DNA of 64,000 bases, taken from positions 32,001 through 96,000 of the IMG/VR virus record IMGVR_UViG_3300009408_000003. One strand, given 5' to 3'. The position numbers and the translations under genes are program-made. The number at the start of each line of letters is the position of its first letter. The first letter of the stretch is position 1. A model generated the notes under the pieces. The model worked only from the letters and a program-made list of their open reading frames with translations, was not told the origin of the DNA and did no database searches. This stretch comes from a virus. Shown here piece by piece: positions 30,430 through 41,317 of this stretch.

Positions 30430-31704
30430 TTAATTTCCACTACCGCCTTTACGTAATTTTCGCCACATTCTAGCTTTTATTGCGAATGTATCGCCTAACG
30501 AGGTTGTTACTGATATTGTATCATCAAAATTTTTACCCCTACCTTTTGGACTATTTATATTACGGATTTTAGTAAAATTAGCAGTTACTTTTCCTGCCAC
30601 TTTTCCAACTCTAGGGTCTATACTCAATGAAGTTGGGCCACCTATCCATGGTGAATTATGTCCGCCCGTATCTACTGCATAACTAAATGTAATTGTTATG
30701 CTTTGGTCTGATTTTAAATTATAAAAATCAATTACATTACCATTAGGCCATATGTGGAATGTTCTCCAACTTTCAAATTTTAAAACATTACCATTTAATA
30801 ATTCTTTAGGTTTTGTAATATTTGATTCTGGTATTTTCCAACCAACATTTGTAGTTTGACGGAACGAACCAGGTGGGCCCGTTAATATTAAAGCAGCAGC
30901 AGCCGCTTCATCTTTAGATTGTATTGTTTGTAATAATTCAGTTTGTGTTAACTGTAAATTTTTCACTACTGTTTCTAAATCTTTTAATTGTTGTTGCAAC
31001 ACTTCTTTTTGAGCTTGTAATCCTCTTACTTGTGCTTCTAGCGAAACTCGTTCAATTGCTTCTTCTATTCCTTTTGTTAATGCAGTTTGAAAATCTGATA
31101 ATAACGATGAATATCTATCATTAGATGCTTGTGTTTCATTATTCGCAACTGATGTTAAAATTTTTTCGGAATCTACTGTTTGGTTTAATGTTTCAATTTG
31201 ACTTTTTAATTGATCTATTAAACTCAATGTCTTATTCAGAGCTTCAGTTTGCTTTGCTAATTCATCAATTTTTATACCAAGTTCTTTAACTTTTGCATCA
31301 TATTTTGATTTAGCAATAGTTTCTAATTTTTCTGTTGGTGGAGTTTTAATAAGTTCATCTACTATTACATCAACCGCTTTTGTTAATTCATCCTCAATAT
31401 AAATTGGTTTTTCAATATTACCAACTGTGCCGCCTTTTGTCGTATTAAGTGTGAATCCATTTTTATTTACTTTACTTTTGGAAATACCAATTTTTTCATT
31501 TTTAGTAGAATCACCTGCATATAAAGTAGATACATTTTCAGTTATACTAGTAGTTACTTGAATATTATTTAAATCAGTCCAACCTAAATAATCTCGTATC
31601 ATTTCTTTATACGTTTCAGTATATTGATCTGACGCTAGAATTATAGCAACACCCTGCTGCATTATTTCTGAATTTTCATATTTAGTTTTAAAATCTATAT
31701 TCAT
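30430..31704 (-). CDS. Hypothetical coiled-coil structural protein
   Basis: Long heptad-rich segment; 1-nt overlap with the next gene. Confidence 0.55.
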   Translation of the reverse strand: MNIDFKTKYENSEIMQQGVAIILASDQYTETYKEMIRDYLGWTDLNNIQVTTSITENVSTLYAGDSTKNEKIGISKSKVNKNGFTLNTTKGGTVGNIEKPIYIEDELTKAVDVIVDELIKTPPTEKLETIAKSKYDAKVKELGIKIDELAKQTEALNKTLSLIDQLKSQIETLNQTVDSEKILTSVANNETQASNDRYSSLLSDFQTALTKGIEEAIERVSLEAQVRGLQAQKEVLQQQLKDLETVVKNLQLTQTELLQTIQSKDEAAAAALILTGPPGSFRQTTNVGWKIPESNITKPKELLNGNVLKFESWRTFHIWPNGNVIDFYNLKSDQSITITFSYAVDTGGHNSPWIGGPTSLSIDPRVGKVAGKVTANFTKIRNINSPKGRGKNFDDTISVTTSLGDTFAIKARMWRKLRKGGSGN

Positions 31705-32762
31705 TATGTTTCGACAGTAAATGTTAAATTATCATCTGTAAAATATTCAATGATTCCGTTACGTTCTGTTTTTATTTCTATATAATAACTTCTATTAGTA
31801 TTCCAACTTTTTAAATTTAAATTAAAATAATTACCATTTTCATCACAGCTTACTTTACTATATTCTCCAAATGGTATTACAATTTCATTTGTAATTGCAT
31901 CTCTAATTTGATAATAAGTAGTAATTGGTAAAAATTTTATATCATTATATGAATATAAATTTGTATAAGTTTTTAATGGATATTTTTCTCTACCGAAAAC
32001 TCGTATTATAGGCGTACTATTAACTTTATATACTTTTTTTAATCGTCTAAATGTTACTTTAATAATATCTGCAGTTAATTCTGTTAATGAACCGGTTATA
32101 AATGAACTATCATCCCAACCAACTCTTATTTTTGGTTGATATATTGTATTTGTATCTTTACTAAAATATTTTAATGTACCGTAATCATTATTATCTGCTT
32201 CTTTAGTATCACTAAGTTTTAATATCCAACCTTCATTTGGTATTGAACCGGATAACCAAGCATTTATTGGGACTATTACATCTAATGCTAAATCAACTGA
32301 TTCATATTCAAATGATTGACTAGCTGAATAAGTGGTATACCATGTACCACCACTCCCAATAATCGAACCAGTTGTATTAAGAGCATAACTTCCACTTAAC
32401 CAGTTTACGTTAGTTTTTCGAGAATCCCAAGTTGAATTTTCAGTACTAATTTCATCAAACTTTGTACCGGTACCCATATCCCAAGACTGTGAAATTGGAT
32501 GTGCAAAAATAGTGTAAGTTGTTGGAACTTCGCTACTTTCATCTTCTGTAATAATTAATTCAGCTGATGTTAGAATGACACCTTCATTAGTAATTGAACT
32601 TGATATTTGATTTGTATCAAATTTAATTAATGAATGCGCTATTTCTTCAAGTCCACCAACATATGTTTTGGAAATTTCCAATATTTCATCACGACCGGTA
32701 TTTTGATTTGGTTGTAATGAATATAGTGTTGTGTCTTTACTTGCGGTATAAAATCTATACAT
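31704..32762 (-). CDS. Virion structural protein (beta-sandwich/carbohydrate-binding-like)
   Basis: ASKDTTLYS...HSLIKFD...QPKIRVGWDD pattern; coupled to the gp6-like gene. Confidence 0.5.
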   Translation of the reverse strand: MYRFYTASKDTTLYSLQPNQNTGRDEILEISKTYVGGLEEIAHSLIKFDTNQISSSITNEGVILTSAELIITEDESSEVPTTYTIFAHPISQSWDMGTGTKFDEISTENSTWDSRKTNVNWLSGSYALNTTGSIIGSGGTWYTTYSASQSFEYESVDLALDVIVPINAWLSGSIPNEGWILKLSDTKEADNNDYGTLKYFSKDTNTIYQPKIRVGWDDSSFITGSLTELTADIIKVTFRRLKKVYKVNSTPIIRVFGREKYPLKTYTNLYSYNDIKFLPITTYYQIRDAITNEIVIPFGEYSKVSCDENGNYFNLNLKSWNTNRSYYIEIKTERNGIIEYFTDDNLTFTVET

Positions 32763-34627
32763 TATAATACCTTTCCTTTAATATCTGTGTTAGGGTATTT
32801 CAATTCAAATATGCTGGGGTCTAAACTTGGAAATACCATTTTTCCTTTAGTTGCATCTTCTATATTATATGAAATTCTTGAATATAATCCTAAACATTTA
32901 TTATTTATATCACACTTAGGAACACTTTGAACCCCCTCAACTCCTGCTACAATTAGTTCTAATTCGCTAATATTTATTGGCATATTAAATGACCATTTAT
33001 CTATATCAAAATAATTTGTGATTGCATCGATACATTTTACTAATACTTCACGTTTATTATATCCACCGTACACTCGTATTTCAAAATCAACTCCTATATT
33101 AATTATAAATCCATCTATAAGATTAACGCCATCTGTAAGCATTCTAAATTCATTTAGATAGGTTTTAACGTTTTCCTTTACTGCTTGATTTAAAGTTGAT
33201 AATTTTTTATCTGAATCATATCCTAATATATACGCATTAATTGCAAATGAACGGTTATCAACTTTACCATACGGTGCCACAAAAGCTTTTGCAACTCCAC
33301 CATATTTTGGTGGCAATGATAAAATTCTAACTTGATAATCCTTTTGAGTTACCGCTCTATTTTGTGAACCGAAATTTGCAAGTGCATTTTCTCTAATTTC
33401 ATCAATAGTTTCTTCGCCTCTACCACCTGTTGCAGGTTCTTCATTTTCAACTGCTACTGAAGCTTTCATTTGATTATATAACCCTAATTGAGCAGGTGTA
33501 AACGCAATTGAATCTTCATCAAATTCTATACTTTGTACTCTCGTTAAATCGCCTTTAGCTACATTAGATTCAACTCCGCCACCTATAACATATGAAACTG
33601 TAAGAGTTGTGTTTGATGGCGCTTGACCATAAGTTCTAGTTTTTAAAAAATTCGCAGGATCAAATGATTCGCCTAATCTATCGATTGAAGAAGCTAATCC
33701 TAATCCAACATTTTTAAAATTCGGTATCAATGTTTCATCAGCAGATGTTGAATTACCACCACCAAAAACTAATGAAGTTGTATTATCTGGATTTATCCTT
33801 GTTGTAAATCTTCGAGATGTTTTAATTAATTTTAATATATTAGGTACAGTATCTTTATATTTAGCTAAATTATCATCAGTTTGTTCTGTGGTTGGATAAT
33901 CTACATATATCATTTCTTGAGCTAAATAAGGTACTTCATACCATTTATTACCGTTTGAATCTCTGACATCATAAATTTGAATAACATTAGTATCACTCAA
34001 ACTTATTTCAGAATATTGTTTTGGAGCAGTAAATGTTTGGTCTATGAATTTAAGTGTACCAGAAATTGCTTTTATTTTTTTCTTAACTAAATAAAATACT
34101 GGTTCATTTGTTATACCATCTTTTTCATGTACTGAAATTTCTCTGGCATCTTCAACCGCAAAATCTAATAATTCAGTTGTTCTAAATAATGCATTTGTAG
34201 TTGTTGATTCAACTAGCATTCCTTCTTTAATTCGTAAATAATAACGTGAATCTGGAGTATTATTTACTCCACTTCCTACAGCCGGTACTAACTGATATAC
34301 AGATATTTCTACTAATGCAGGTGTTGTTACCTTTGTCTTATATCCAAGATATGTAGCTAATCCAAGCACATTACTTTTATCTTCCGCATATAACATAAAT
34401 GACTCTTTTAATGAATCATCAATATAATATGAAAGAACATCACCAATATAGGATGCCATTTCAATAAACATCATACCTGGTGATGCCTCGTTAAAATCAG
34501 AATATGTTTTTGGAAAATATACCTTTGCATATTCAATTAAATTATTACGAAAACTTGTAAAATCTTTATTAAGATAATTTATATCTCTGTTTTGATTACG
34601 TTTTTTAGTTATACTATTTAATGCCAT
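32762..34627 (-). CDS. Baseplate wedge protein gp6-like (baseplate J family)
   Basis: DFTSFRNNLIEYAK, SDFNEASPGMMFIEMASYIGDVLSYY, ATGGRGEETIDEIR, QNRAVTQKDY. Confidence 0.88.
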   Translation of the reverse strand: MALNSITKKRNQNRDINYLNKDFTSFRNNLIEYAKVYFPKTYSDFNEASPGMMFIEMASYIGDVLSYYIDDSLKESFMLYAEDKSNVLGLATYLGYKTKVTTPALVEISVYQLVPAVGSGVNNTPDSRYYLRIKEGMLVESTTTNALFRTTELLDFAVEDAREISVHEKDGITNEPVFYLVKKKIKAISGTLKFIDQTFTAPKQYSEISLSDTNVIQIYDVRDSNGNKWYEVPYLAQEMIYVDYPTTEQTDDNLAKYKDTVPNILKLIKTSRRFTTRINPDNTTSLVFGGGNSTSADETLIPNFKNVGLGLASSIDRLGESFDPANFLKTRTYGQAPSNTTLTVSYVIGGGVESNVAKGDLTRVQSIEFDEDSIAFTPAQLGLYNQMKASVAVENEEPATGGRGEETIDEIRENALANFGSQNRAVTQKDYQVRILSLPPKYGGVAKAFVAPYGKVDNRSFAINAYILGYDSDKKLSTLNQAVKENVKTYLNEFRMLTDGVNLIDGFIINIGVDFEIRVYGGYNKREVLVKCIDAITNYFDIDKWSFNMPINISELELIVAGVEGVQSVPKCDINNKCLGLYSRISYNIEDATKGKMVFPSLDPSIFELKYPNTDIKGKVL

Positions 34628-34629
34628 TT

Positions 34630-35061
34630 TTATCCTTGTATTGCGAATGTTATTTCTTGCGTACTTAGCTCACTACCTACTGTAAATTTTAGATTCATGT
34701 TAGCTATATGTTTATCTTTCATTTCATCAGTCATTTGTACATCAATTTCTTTAATATTAATATAAGGTAGCCAAAAGCCAACATTTTTTATTATTGCATC
34801 CTCCAATTCAGTTTCAAATTCACTTGTCATTTGTTCGAACAATAATTCTCTTAATCCTATACCGAATTCAGGTTGCATGATTCGTTCACCCTTATTAGTT
34901 AATAATAGATTTAATAAATTGGCTTTAGCTTGATCGAACGAAGTAAATGCTTGTTCAAAATAGCCAGTTGGGCCGTTTCTAACTGGCAAAATGATACCAT
35001 ACGCATAATCGTTAAATTTTACTGTATCTTTTACTACCTTTTTACCAATTATATATGCCAT
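34630..35061 (-). CDS. Baseplate wedge protein gp25-like
   Basis: KANLLNLLLTNKGERIMQPEFG signature. Confidence 0.9.
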   Translation of the reverse strand: MAYIIGKKVVKDTVKFNDYAYGIILPVRNGPTGYFEQAFTSFDQAKANLLNLLLTNKGERIMQPEFGIGLRELLFEQMTSEFETELEDAIIKNVGFWLPYINIKEIDVQMTDEMKDKHIANMNLKFTVGSELSTQEITFAIQG

Positions 35062-35067
35062 TATTTT

Positions 35068-35658
35068 TTATTTTCTAGTTTTAAACTTGCTAACAAGTTC
35101 TGAATTATCTCTATTTAATATTCTATCCAATCCAGCCAATCCAGTTTTTACCCCTAATCCTTGCTTAGAAACTTTGTTCGGTGTTGAATATCCACCGTAT
35201 CCCATTTTAGCGGCCATTTGTGCTTTTATTCCATCTGCACCCGCAGCACCGATATTACTATCAAATGAAACTGTTTTATTCATATCTTTGAAACTTTCAT
35301 CTAATTGTGCAGTTTGGTTATACTCTGCCGGTATTCCTCTTGAACTGAATGGTTTTGTATTATTTAAAATTTCATTCAACATTGGATTTTTACTTAATCT
35401 TTTTAATGATGCAGATTCTGCAGGTTTAGTTTTAGAATGACTTTTATCTAATATAGAATTAGCAAGAGTAAATGGATCAATATCATCAGATAATTCTGTA
35501 TTTGAACTAACCTCATTTTCATAAATAGGTTTCTTTCTACTAATTTTATATTCCTTTAATTCTTTGCAAACTCCCTCTTTAACTAATTTAGGTAAGCGTC
35601 GCGCCAGTTCTCGTTCAACTATTAAACGAATAACTGTTACTAATTTTTTTGAATTCAT
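35068..35658 (-). CDS. Hypothetical protein
   Basis: 196-aa ORF preceded by the ATATTTATA motif. Confidence 0.6.
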   Translation of the reverse strand: MNSKKLVTVIRLIVERELARRLPKLVKEGVCKELKEYKISRKKPIYENEVSSNTELSDDIDPFTLANSILDKSHSKTKPAESASLKRLSKNPMLNEILNNTKPFSSRGIPAEYNQTAQLDESFKDMNKTVSFDSNIGAAGADGIKAQMAAKMGYGGYSTPNKVSKQGLGVKTGLAGLDRILNRDNSELVSKFKTRK

Positions 35659-35757
35659 ATTGTTAAGTTGTTATTCTTATTATAAATATGTGGTTTATTA
35701 TTTTTGATATTTTATTTAAACTAAACAAAAACGATTTGATATATAAGTTTAATTGTG

Positions 35758-36327
35758 TTAAGATTCTGCCGGTATCGTATATGCTGTCCATTCTAAAAAG
35801 CCTGGAGCTATAGCGGGTGGTACACTAGGATATAATGATATAGTGTTATACATTCCTTCAATAGTTGTTAAGTGTAATGTTATTCCTGCTATTAATTGAT
35901 CTAAATAAATTTCGCTATCTGTTATTGGAGTTTGAGTACCCATATTCGGAAATTTACCTGGATTAGTAACTAATGCAGAAGTAGTTGATATATTTTGGAA
36001 TGAACCTACTGCAGGAATTACAGGTGTTGGAAATGTGTTTAAAGTAGCACCAGTCCAATATCCTATTATACCGTTACCAATACCATTTATTATAGTATAT
36101 AATCCGTTTTTCTTTTGTAATGCAAGTGTATGAGCTAATATTATTTGTGATTCCATTAAATCGGTATTACCTTTTTGAATACTCACATTATTTATTATTT
36201 GAAATCCGCGTTTTATTAACATATCATATTCTGTTACCAGTTTTTTTGCATAATCTTGATAAGAATTTATACCTTGCTGGTTATTCATGTATGATAACAT
36301 ATTAGATTTAAATATTTTAAATGACAT
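35758..36327 (-). CDS. Hypothetical baseplate-region protein
   Basis: 189-aa ORF abutting the gp5-like gene. Confidence 0.6.
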   Translation of the reverse strand: MSFKIFKSNMLSYMNNQQGINSYQDYAKKLVTEYDMLIKRGFQIINNVSIQKGNTDLMESQIILAHTLALQKKNGLYTIINGIGNGIIGYWTGATLNTFPTPVIPAVGSFQNISTTSALVTNPGKFPNMGTQTPITDSEIYLDQLIAGITLHLTTIEGMYNTISLYPSVPPAIAPGFLEWTAYTIPAES

Positions 36328-37581
36328 TTATTCGGTATAATTTAATGTTGATAATACTGTATCTAACTTTGATTGAAGTTTTTTAAAATCTGCCGTATTT
36401 GTTGGCCCGACAGATGTTGGCCCACTAGGAGTTGGATATACTTGTTTTACGATTAAATCTATTAAATCAGATAATATTTTTCGTAAGGTTTCGCCTCGTG
36501 CTAACGGTTCTGCATCTTTTTCTGTATTTAAATATATTTTTCCTTTGCCACCTAGTATAAATGTGTTAAAATCATTTGTAGTTAATTTAACATCACCGTT
36601 AAAATCTAGCAAAGCTCCTGCGTTACCATTATCGATTGACATTGTACCATCTGAAATAAATCCCCAGTTACCTTTTGAATAAAAAATCATTTCAGCAGCT
36701 TTTGATGAAAAAATAATACGTTCAGAATTAATTAATATTTGATCTTGACCAGTTAATTCAGATGGATAATTTGTAAAATGTTTAGGTTTTGTTTTAAAAT
36801 TGGTATTACCGCCATCATCAATAGTACCTGGCTGGAATGCTAATTTGTAATTATTAGATACTAATGCTATTGTTGAACCATCGCGATTAATATCTTCTTC
36901 AGTAACATCACCACTTTTTAATTTGTTTAATGAAAACGAATTTTGTTTATTTCGTATTAAAATAGTTGGCGAATATTTATTATCAGAATTATTATATCCA
37001 CTAAATCGAATTGATTGACCAAATCTACTTTGAATTAGTTTATCTCCCTCATATAGTTTTAATCGGTTGGTTTGGGTTTCACTAAAATATTTTCCTATCT
37101 TAGCATCTCTATCGCTTTTGCCACTTGTATTAGTAATACCAGTTTGGGAAGAAGTATTATAATCATTAGCTCTAGTTGTACTTGGTTCGACTTCTTCAAA
37201 CGTATCTTTTTCAAAATTTTCGATAGCATTACCAATATTAATATCACCTTTATTAATTCGTTTATAATATACAATGCTACCAATTTTAATTAGTTCTACA
37301 GTCTCCCCAACTAAAGGTATATCTAAATTTAATTGGTCATATGGTGGATATACCGATAAATTAGTATTAGATACTGTTTGAATATCTAATGCTCTAATAA
37401 TGCATGAGCCAACATCATACGTATCTTTCCCTGTAGAAAATATTTTTAGTTTAGAATCAGTTAATCGACTATTTGTACTATCTAATATTGGTTCAATTAC
37501 GATACCAACTTTAGCATGAGTAGGTAATCTATATTTATTTGTATGATCAGTATGTTGTGACCTGCTTGTTCTATTCGACAT
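36328..37581 (-). CDS. Baseplate hub/spike protein (gp5-like)
   Basis: N-terminal IPLVGETV (OB-fold-like), EGDKLIQSRFGQSIRF, QILINSERIIF, C-terminal PTPSGPT. Confidence 0.65.
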   Translation of the reverse strand: MSNRTSRSQHTDHTNKYRLPTHAKVGIVIEPILDSTNSRLTDSKLKIFSTGKDTYDVGSCIIRALDIQTVSNTNLSVYPPYDQLNLDIPLVGETVELIKIGSIVYYKRINKGDINIGNAIENFEKDTFEEVEPSTTRANDYNTSSQTGITNTSGKSDRDAKIGKYFSETQTNRLKLYEGDKLIQSRFGQSIRFSGYNNSDNKYSPTILIRNKQNSFSLNKLKSGDVTEEDINRDGSTIALVSNNYKLAFQPGTIDDGGNTNFKTKPKHFTNYPSELTGQDQILINSERIIFSSKAAEMIFYSKGNWGFISDGTMSIDNGNAGALLDFNGDVKLTTNDFNTFILGGKGKIYLNTEKDAEPLARGETLRKILSDLIDLIVKQVYPTPSGPTSVGPTNTADFKKLQSKLDTVLSTLNYTE

Positions 37582-37582
37582 A

Positions 37583-37993
37583 CTATTTTTTTAATTTTTT
37601 AGTAATTTTTTTAGCATTAGATTCTAAATCTTCTATTTTTGTTTCTGTATTGGATTTAGCTGATGTTATTGTTTGTTCTAGCTCATCTAATAATTGAAGT
37701 TTTTCTTTATCGGTTAATACCGAATTATCATCACCAGCTTTATTTTCAGCTGAAATAAGTTTTTGAGCAATACTAGCTAGTTTTATTAACGCATCATCAT
37801 TTTTTACAGAAGTTTCTACTAAATCTTTAATAACCGGCCCAAGCATTGCCATATCGCCAGCATGACGTATGAGTTTTCGCATGTCCGCTATTAATTCGGA
37901 AATTCTCTTTTTTTTGTTTTGTTGATTATCATATATATTTTTAAATAATTCTGATAGATTTTTTCCTGGAAATAATTTAAATTCTGAGCTCAT
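37583..37993 (-). CDS. Hypothetical protein
   Basis: 136-aa helical ORF. Confidence 0.6.
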   Translation of the reverse strand: MSSEFKLFPGKNLSELFKNIYDNQQNKKKRISELIADMRKLIRHAGDMAMLGPVIKDLVETSVKNDDALIKLASIAQKLISAENKAGDDNSVLTDKEKLQLLDELEQTITSAKSNTETKIEDLESNAKKITKKLKK

Positions 37994-38031
37994 AATATTA
38001 ATACATTAATTTACTAATAAATATAAGAAAC

Positions 38032-38058
38032 AAAAAAACCCAACGTATGTTGGGTTTT
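38032..38058 (-). terminator. Intrinsic terminator
   Basis: AAAACCCAAC/GTTGGGTTTT 10-bp stem, 4-nt loop, U-tract on the minus strand, downstream of the sigma gene. Confidence 0.8.
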
Positions 38059-38161
38059 GAGGAATATACTCTCAATCACTTTGAATTACGATTGAGGTTT
38101 GTAATCCTTTAATTAAAAGAACTCTTTAATATATGTATGCAATATTTAAAAAAATATACTG

Positions 38162-38899
38162 TTATTCTTTATTATTCCAAAATGATTTATCTTCATTTTT
38201 AAAATCGCCAGTTTCTAAATATTCATTTAGCATTCTATGTTGATACGTTTTCATTACATTAACTACCTTTGTAATATAGTGAGTTTTGCAATCAGTCATT
38301 TCTCTGATTAATAAGTATAAATGTTTTTTATTAAAATTTTCAATATAATCACTCCTACGAAATAATTCAAGAATAGCATCTGCTATTTGAATATCTCTAC
38401 GTTTAGTAAATACTTTTGTTAAATGGGTGTCCCAATATTTTAGCATTATAGTTTTAAACTCCTTAAATTCAGTTCCTTCAACCGTTTCATAATGGTTATC
38501 TGATGGATTCCATGTTTCAGGCATTACAGACAACAATGAGTTTTGTTTCCACCGTTTGTAATTATCGTTATTTAGGAATATAAGATAATTTTTAGCTACA
38601 ATTGTAAAATATGAAAATGCCCTACCACGACCCTCTTGAAACATATGTAATTTTTCTACCATGTGAGACACTACTTCTTGTTGTACCGTAGTTTTTGGAA
38701 CATCAAAATAAGAAAATTTAAATGTGTTCATGACATTTTCTGCCATTTTTTCAAACGGATATTTTATTCGTTCTTGATAAATTTTACTTCTAATTTTAGG
38801 GTCTGTGCATTTATTGTATTCTATAATTGCATCTTGTGCTGGTGTACCAAAGTACATTTTTGATTTTTTACGTCTTTTTTTCTTTCGTTTGATATTCAT
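38162..38899 (-). CDS. Phage RNA polymerase sigma factor (late-transcription type)
   Basis: YF...QDAIIEYN and EKLHMF...GRAFSYFTIVAKNYL resemble sigma region 2 of gp55-like factors. Confidence 0.7.
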   Translation of the reverse strand: MNIKRKKKRRKKSKMYFGTPAQDAIIEYNKCTDPKIRSKIYQERIKYPFEKMAENVMNTFKFSYFDVPKTTVQQEVVSHMVEKLHMFQEGRGRAFSYFTIVAKNYLIFLNNDNYKRWKQNSLLSVMPETWNPSDNHYETVEGTEFKEFKTIMLKYWDTHLTKVFTKRRDIQIADAILELFRRSDYIENFNKKHLYLLIREMTDCKTHYITKVVNVMKTYQHRMLNEYLETGDFKNEDKSFWNNKE

Positions 38900-38901
38900 A
38901 T

Positions 38902-39165
38902 TTAAAATTTCTTATCTAAATCAGTTATGGCTTGTTTAATATCTTTAAACGCGGCACCGACTTCATCATCTGATTCAAATGATTTATTAATATCGGCTTT
39001 AGTCATGACTTGTAATGCTGCGGTAATATAAGATTTCATATTAGTTACAGTAGTTATTACTAAATCTTCAAGTGATTCAGTTTGTCTTAATAAATTTAAA
39101 ATTACAAATGCAGCAATTAAATTTATTGCTACACTAATTCCTAATAATATATATATTATATGCAT
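38902..39165 (-). CDS. Small membrane-anchored coiled-coil protein
   Basis: N-terminal hydrophobic helix; adjacent to the lysozyme-like gene. Confidence 0.5.
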   Translation of the reverse strand: MHIIYILLGISVAINLIAAFVILNLLRQTESLEDLVITTVTNMKSYITAALQVMTKADINKSFESDDEVGAAFKDIKQAITDLDKKF

Positions 39166-39234
39166 AAGTTAATGATTATATTGGTTATAAATAAGTATCG
39201 CGATACTTAAATGGTGAGTGATTATATTTTTTTA

Positions 39235-39843
39235 TTATAATTCTAGTGAATAGCCACTAAATTTTGTTAAATATTTGGTAAGTGGTGTTCCATATTTATC
39301 TTTAGGATTTTTACCATTTCTAAAAAATCGTTTCACATTACCTTGTCCAGCTAAATGAGCTGCAGCTAATATACCACTTTCAGTTATAACAGTATTATTA
39401 ATAACTAAACCATTATATTTTTTGATATATCTACGTAAACGTCTTTTATTATATCGTAATAATTTTAACATTAATTTTTCTTGTAATTTTGGTGAATTTA
39501 AAAAATAAGTAGTAGAACCTTTATATCTTAAAGTTCTAAGAGTTGATTTACCAAATTGATATTTTCCTAAATATCCAAGTGTATTAACTCTTTTATAATT
39601 ATTACCACTTTCTGTGAATCCTAATTTAGTTAAAAAATCATTTTGAGTGTGTAAAATTAATTTTTTGTTAACTAATACTATTTTTTCGGTATTTGTATTA
39701 ATTACTGTAATTGGTATTGTAGATATGGTATGTACGATTACATTTTTTGAATTATTATGTATTTTGTTTACCTTATAAGGTAACATAAATGAACATAATA
39801 ACATTGGTAAAAGTACAACTAATTTATAATATTTCATATACAT
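39235..39843 (-). CDS. Lysozyme-like muramidase/lytic transglycosylase with N-terminal signal
   Basis: TESGNNY...YLGKYQFG catalytic pattern, ILAAAHLAG; hydrophobic N-terminus. Confidence 0.8.
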   Translation of the reverse strand: MYMKYYKLVVLLPMLLCSFMLPYKVNKIHNNSKNVIVHTISTIPITVINTNTEKIVLVNKKLILHTQNDFLTKLGFTESGNNYKRVNTLGYLGKYQFGKSTLRTLRYKGSTTYFLNSPKLQEKLMLKLLRYNKRRLRRYIKKYNGLVINNTVITESGILAAAHLAGQGNVKRFFRNGKNPKDKYGTPLTKYLTKFSGYSLEL

Positions 39844-39860
39844 ATTGATTAATTATACAA

Positions 39861-39893
39861 CAAATATACAAAAAATATTTTATATATCCTAAT
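39861..39893 (-). promoter_or_regulatory. Phage early/middle promoter
   Basis: TTAGGA-N18-TATATTTG, upstream of the lysozyme-like gene. Confidence 0.7.
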
Positions 39894-39906
39894 AAAAGTA
39901 TAAAAT

Positions 39907-40149
39907 TTATGCAATACCCCCTTTACCGGTCAATGGAAAATTATTAGTTAATTTAGATTCATTTTTTATTAATTTGTTATATGCTGATACCTTTTCCGTT
40001 ATAGTTATCTCTAAATCTTCTTCACTCAAAATATCATTATCAATTAGAAGTTGTACTAACGCTAAAATTAATATTTTTTGTTGTGTCATCCTAGTATTTA
40101 AATCTTGCATTATTTGCAATATGTCATCATCATTTATTTTTTTATTCAT
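39907..40149 (-). CDS. Hypothetical protein
   Basis: 80-aa ORF. Confidence 0.55.
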   Translation of the reverse strand: MNKKINDDDILQIMQDLNTRMTQQKILILALVQLLIDNDILSEEDLEITITEKVSAYNKLIKNESKLTNNFPLTGKGGIA

Positions 40150-40161
40150 ATCATTTATTTT

Positions 40162-40377
40162 TTAATAAAGAGTAGTGAAATCCATTTTTTGTTTAATAAG
40201 TCCAAATGAGTTATCAACAGTACTTTGTTGATATCCAATTGATAATGCTAATCGCTTACAAGCTATTTTAAATTCGGTTATATCCATGTCATCTGGTATT
40301 TCTAATTCTACTTTTTTAATTTCTCTGTTATGTTTGATAAATTTCTTATCTGTATATTCGAAAATTAGTTTTGCCAT
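40162..40377 (-). CDS. Hypothetical protein
   Basis: 71-aa ORF. Confidence 0.55.
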   Translation of the reverse strand: MAKLIFEYTDKKFIKHNREIKKVELEIPDDMDITEFKIACKRLALSIGYQQSTVDNSFGLIKQKMDFTTLY

Positions 40378-40380
40378 AAT

Positions 40381-40998
40381 TTAAATTATTTTGCATCCGA
40401 TTTTTAATAATGGTATTGCTTTTTTGTACTTCATAAATTCAGTACTATTATCTGGTAGTTGTATCATTACACGTTCGTTTCTTCCATATTTTTTAGGAAC
40501 TGTTATTGTTGTTGAAAATTTCCGAGTTGGATTACACATTAAAATTCCGTTTAAATGATCAATTTCATGCTGTACACAAACACATTCTAATAATCCTCTA
40601 TCAGCAAAAAATTCTTTTGATGTTTTCCATTTTTCTGCAGAACTAGTTGGTTTAAACGTTAATACTCCTAAATTGTCGCATTCTATTTTTACAGTTTGGG
40701 CACGAACCGTTTTTACTGACTTTTTCATAGATCTAGTATCTGATAAACATTGTTCTGCATATACAACGGTTTCCTTTGAATATTCTATAATTTTTGGATT
40801 AATTAATACTATTGGTTCAATAACATTAATTATGCATGCGCGTGTCTGTAATCCTAATTGATTAGCAGCCAATCCAATTCCACCATGTTTTGTTACTTCA
40901 GTAGTAAGTATTAGCGAGATTTCTTCAACTTCTTTAGCTGATAAGGGTTGCGGTAACAATGATTGTTTTAAAAATTTGGTATCTTTAATTATTTTCAT
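40381..40998 (-). CDS. def: Peptide deformylase
   Basis: GIGLAANQLG, EQCLS (variant of EGCLS), QHEIDHLNG. Confidence 0.9.
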   Translation of the reverse strand: MKIIKDTKFLKQSLLPQPLSAKEVEEISLILTTEVTKHGGIGLAANQLGLQTRACIINVIEPIVLINPKIIEYSKETVVYAEQCLSDTRSMKKSVKTVRAQTVKIECDNLGVLTFKPTSSAEKWKTSKEFFADRGLLECVCVQHEIDHLNGILMCNPTRKFSTTITVPKKYGRNERVMIQLPDNSTEFMKYKKAIPLLKIGCKII

Positions 40999-41099
40999 TT
41001 AGTTTGTTATTATTTTCTGAAATTTATTTTTTGTAGATGTGGTTATAAACTAATTCTTTAAATTAATATTAGTTATATAGTTATTATTTTTTATGAAAA

Positions 41100-41255
41100 T
41101 TAATCATGCGCATTGTAGCGTCTATATTCTTCATCATCTATTAATTGTTGCAGTTTTTGTATTTTAAATTTATCATCAAGTGTTAATACTGATTTTGATT
41201 TAAGATACAATATTTTAGATTCTATTGTTTTTCGTGATAATCTGTGTGATTTCAT
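41100..41255 (-). CDS. Small hypothetical protein (51 aa, not in ORF track)
   Basis: ATG 41255 to TAA 41100, just downstream of the promoter motif at 41285-41317. Confidence 0.45.
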   Translation of the reverse strand: MKSHRLSRKTIESKILYLKSKSVLTLDDKFKIQKLQQLIDDEEYRRYNAHD

Positions 41256-41284
41256 AACTATATTGTATTATATTATAATCTTTA

Positions 41285-41317
41285 TAAAGATACAAAAAAA
41301 AACTGAGAGATCCTAAT
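41285..41317 (-). promoter_or_regulatory. Phage early/middle promoter
   Basis: TTAGGA-N18-TATCTTTA. Confidence 0.65.
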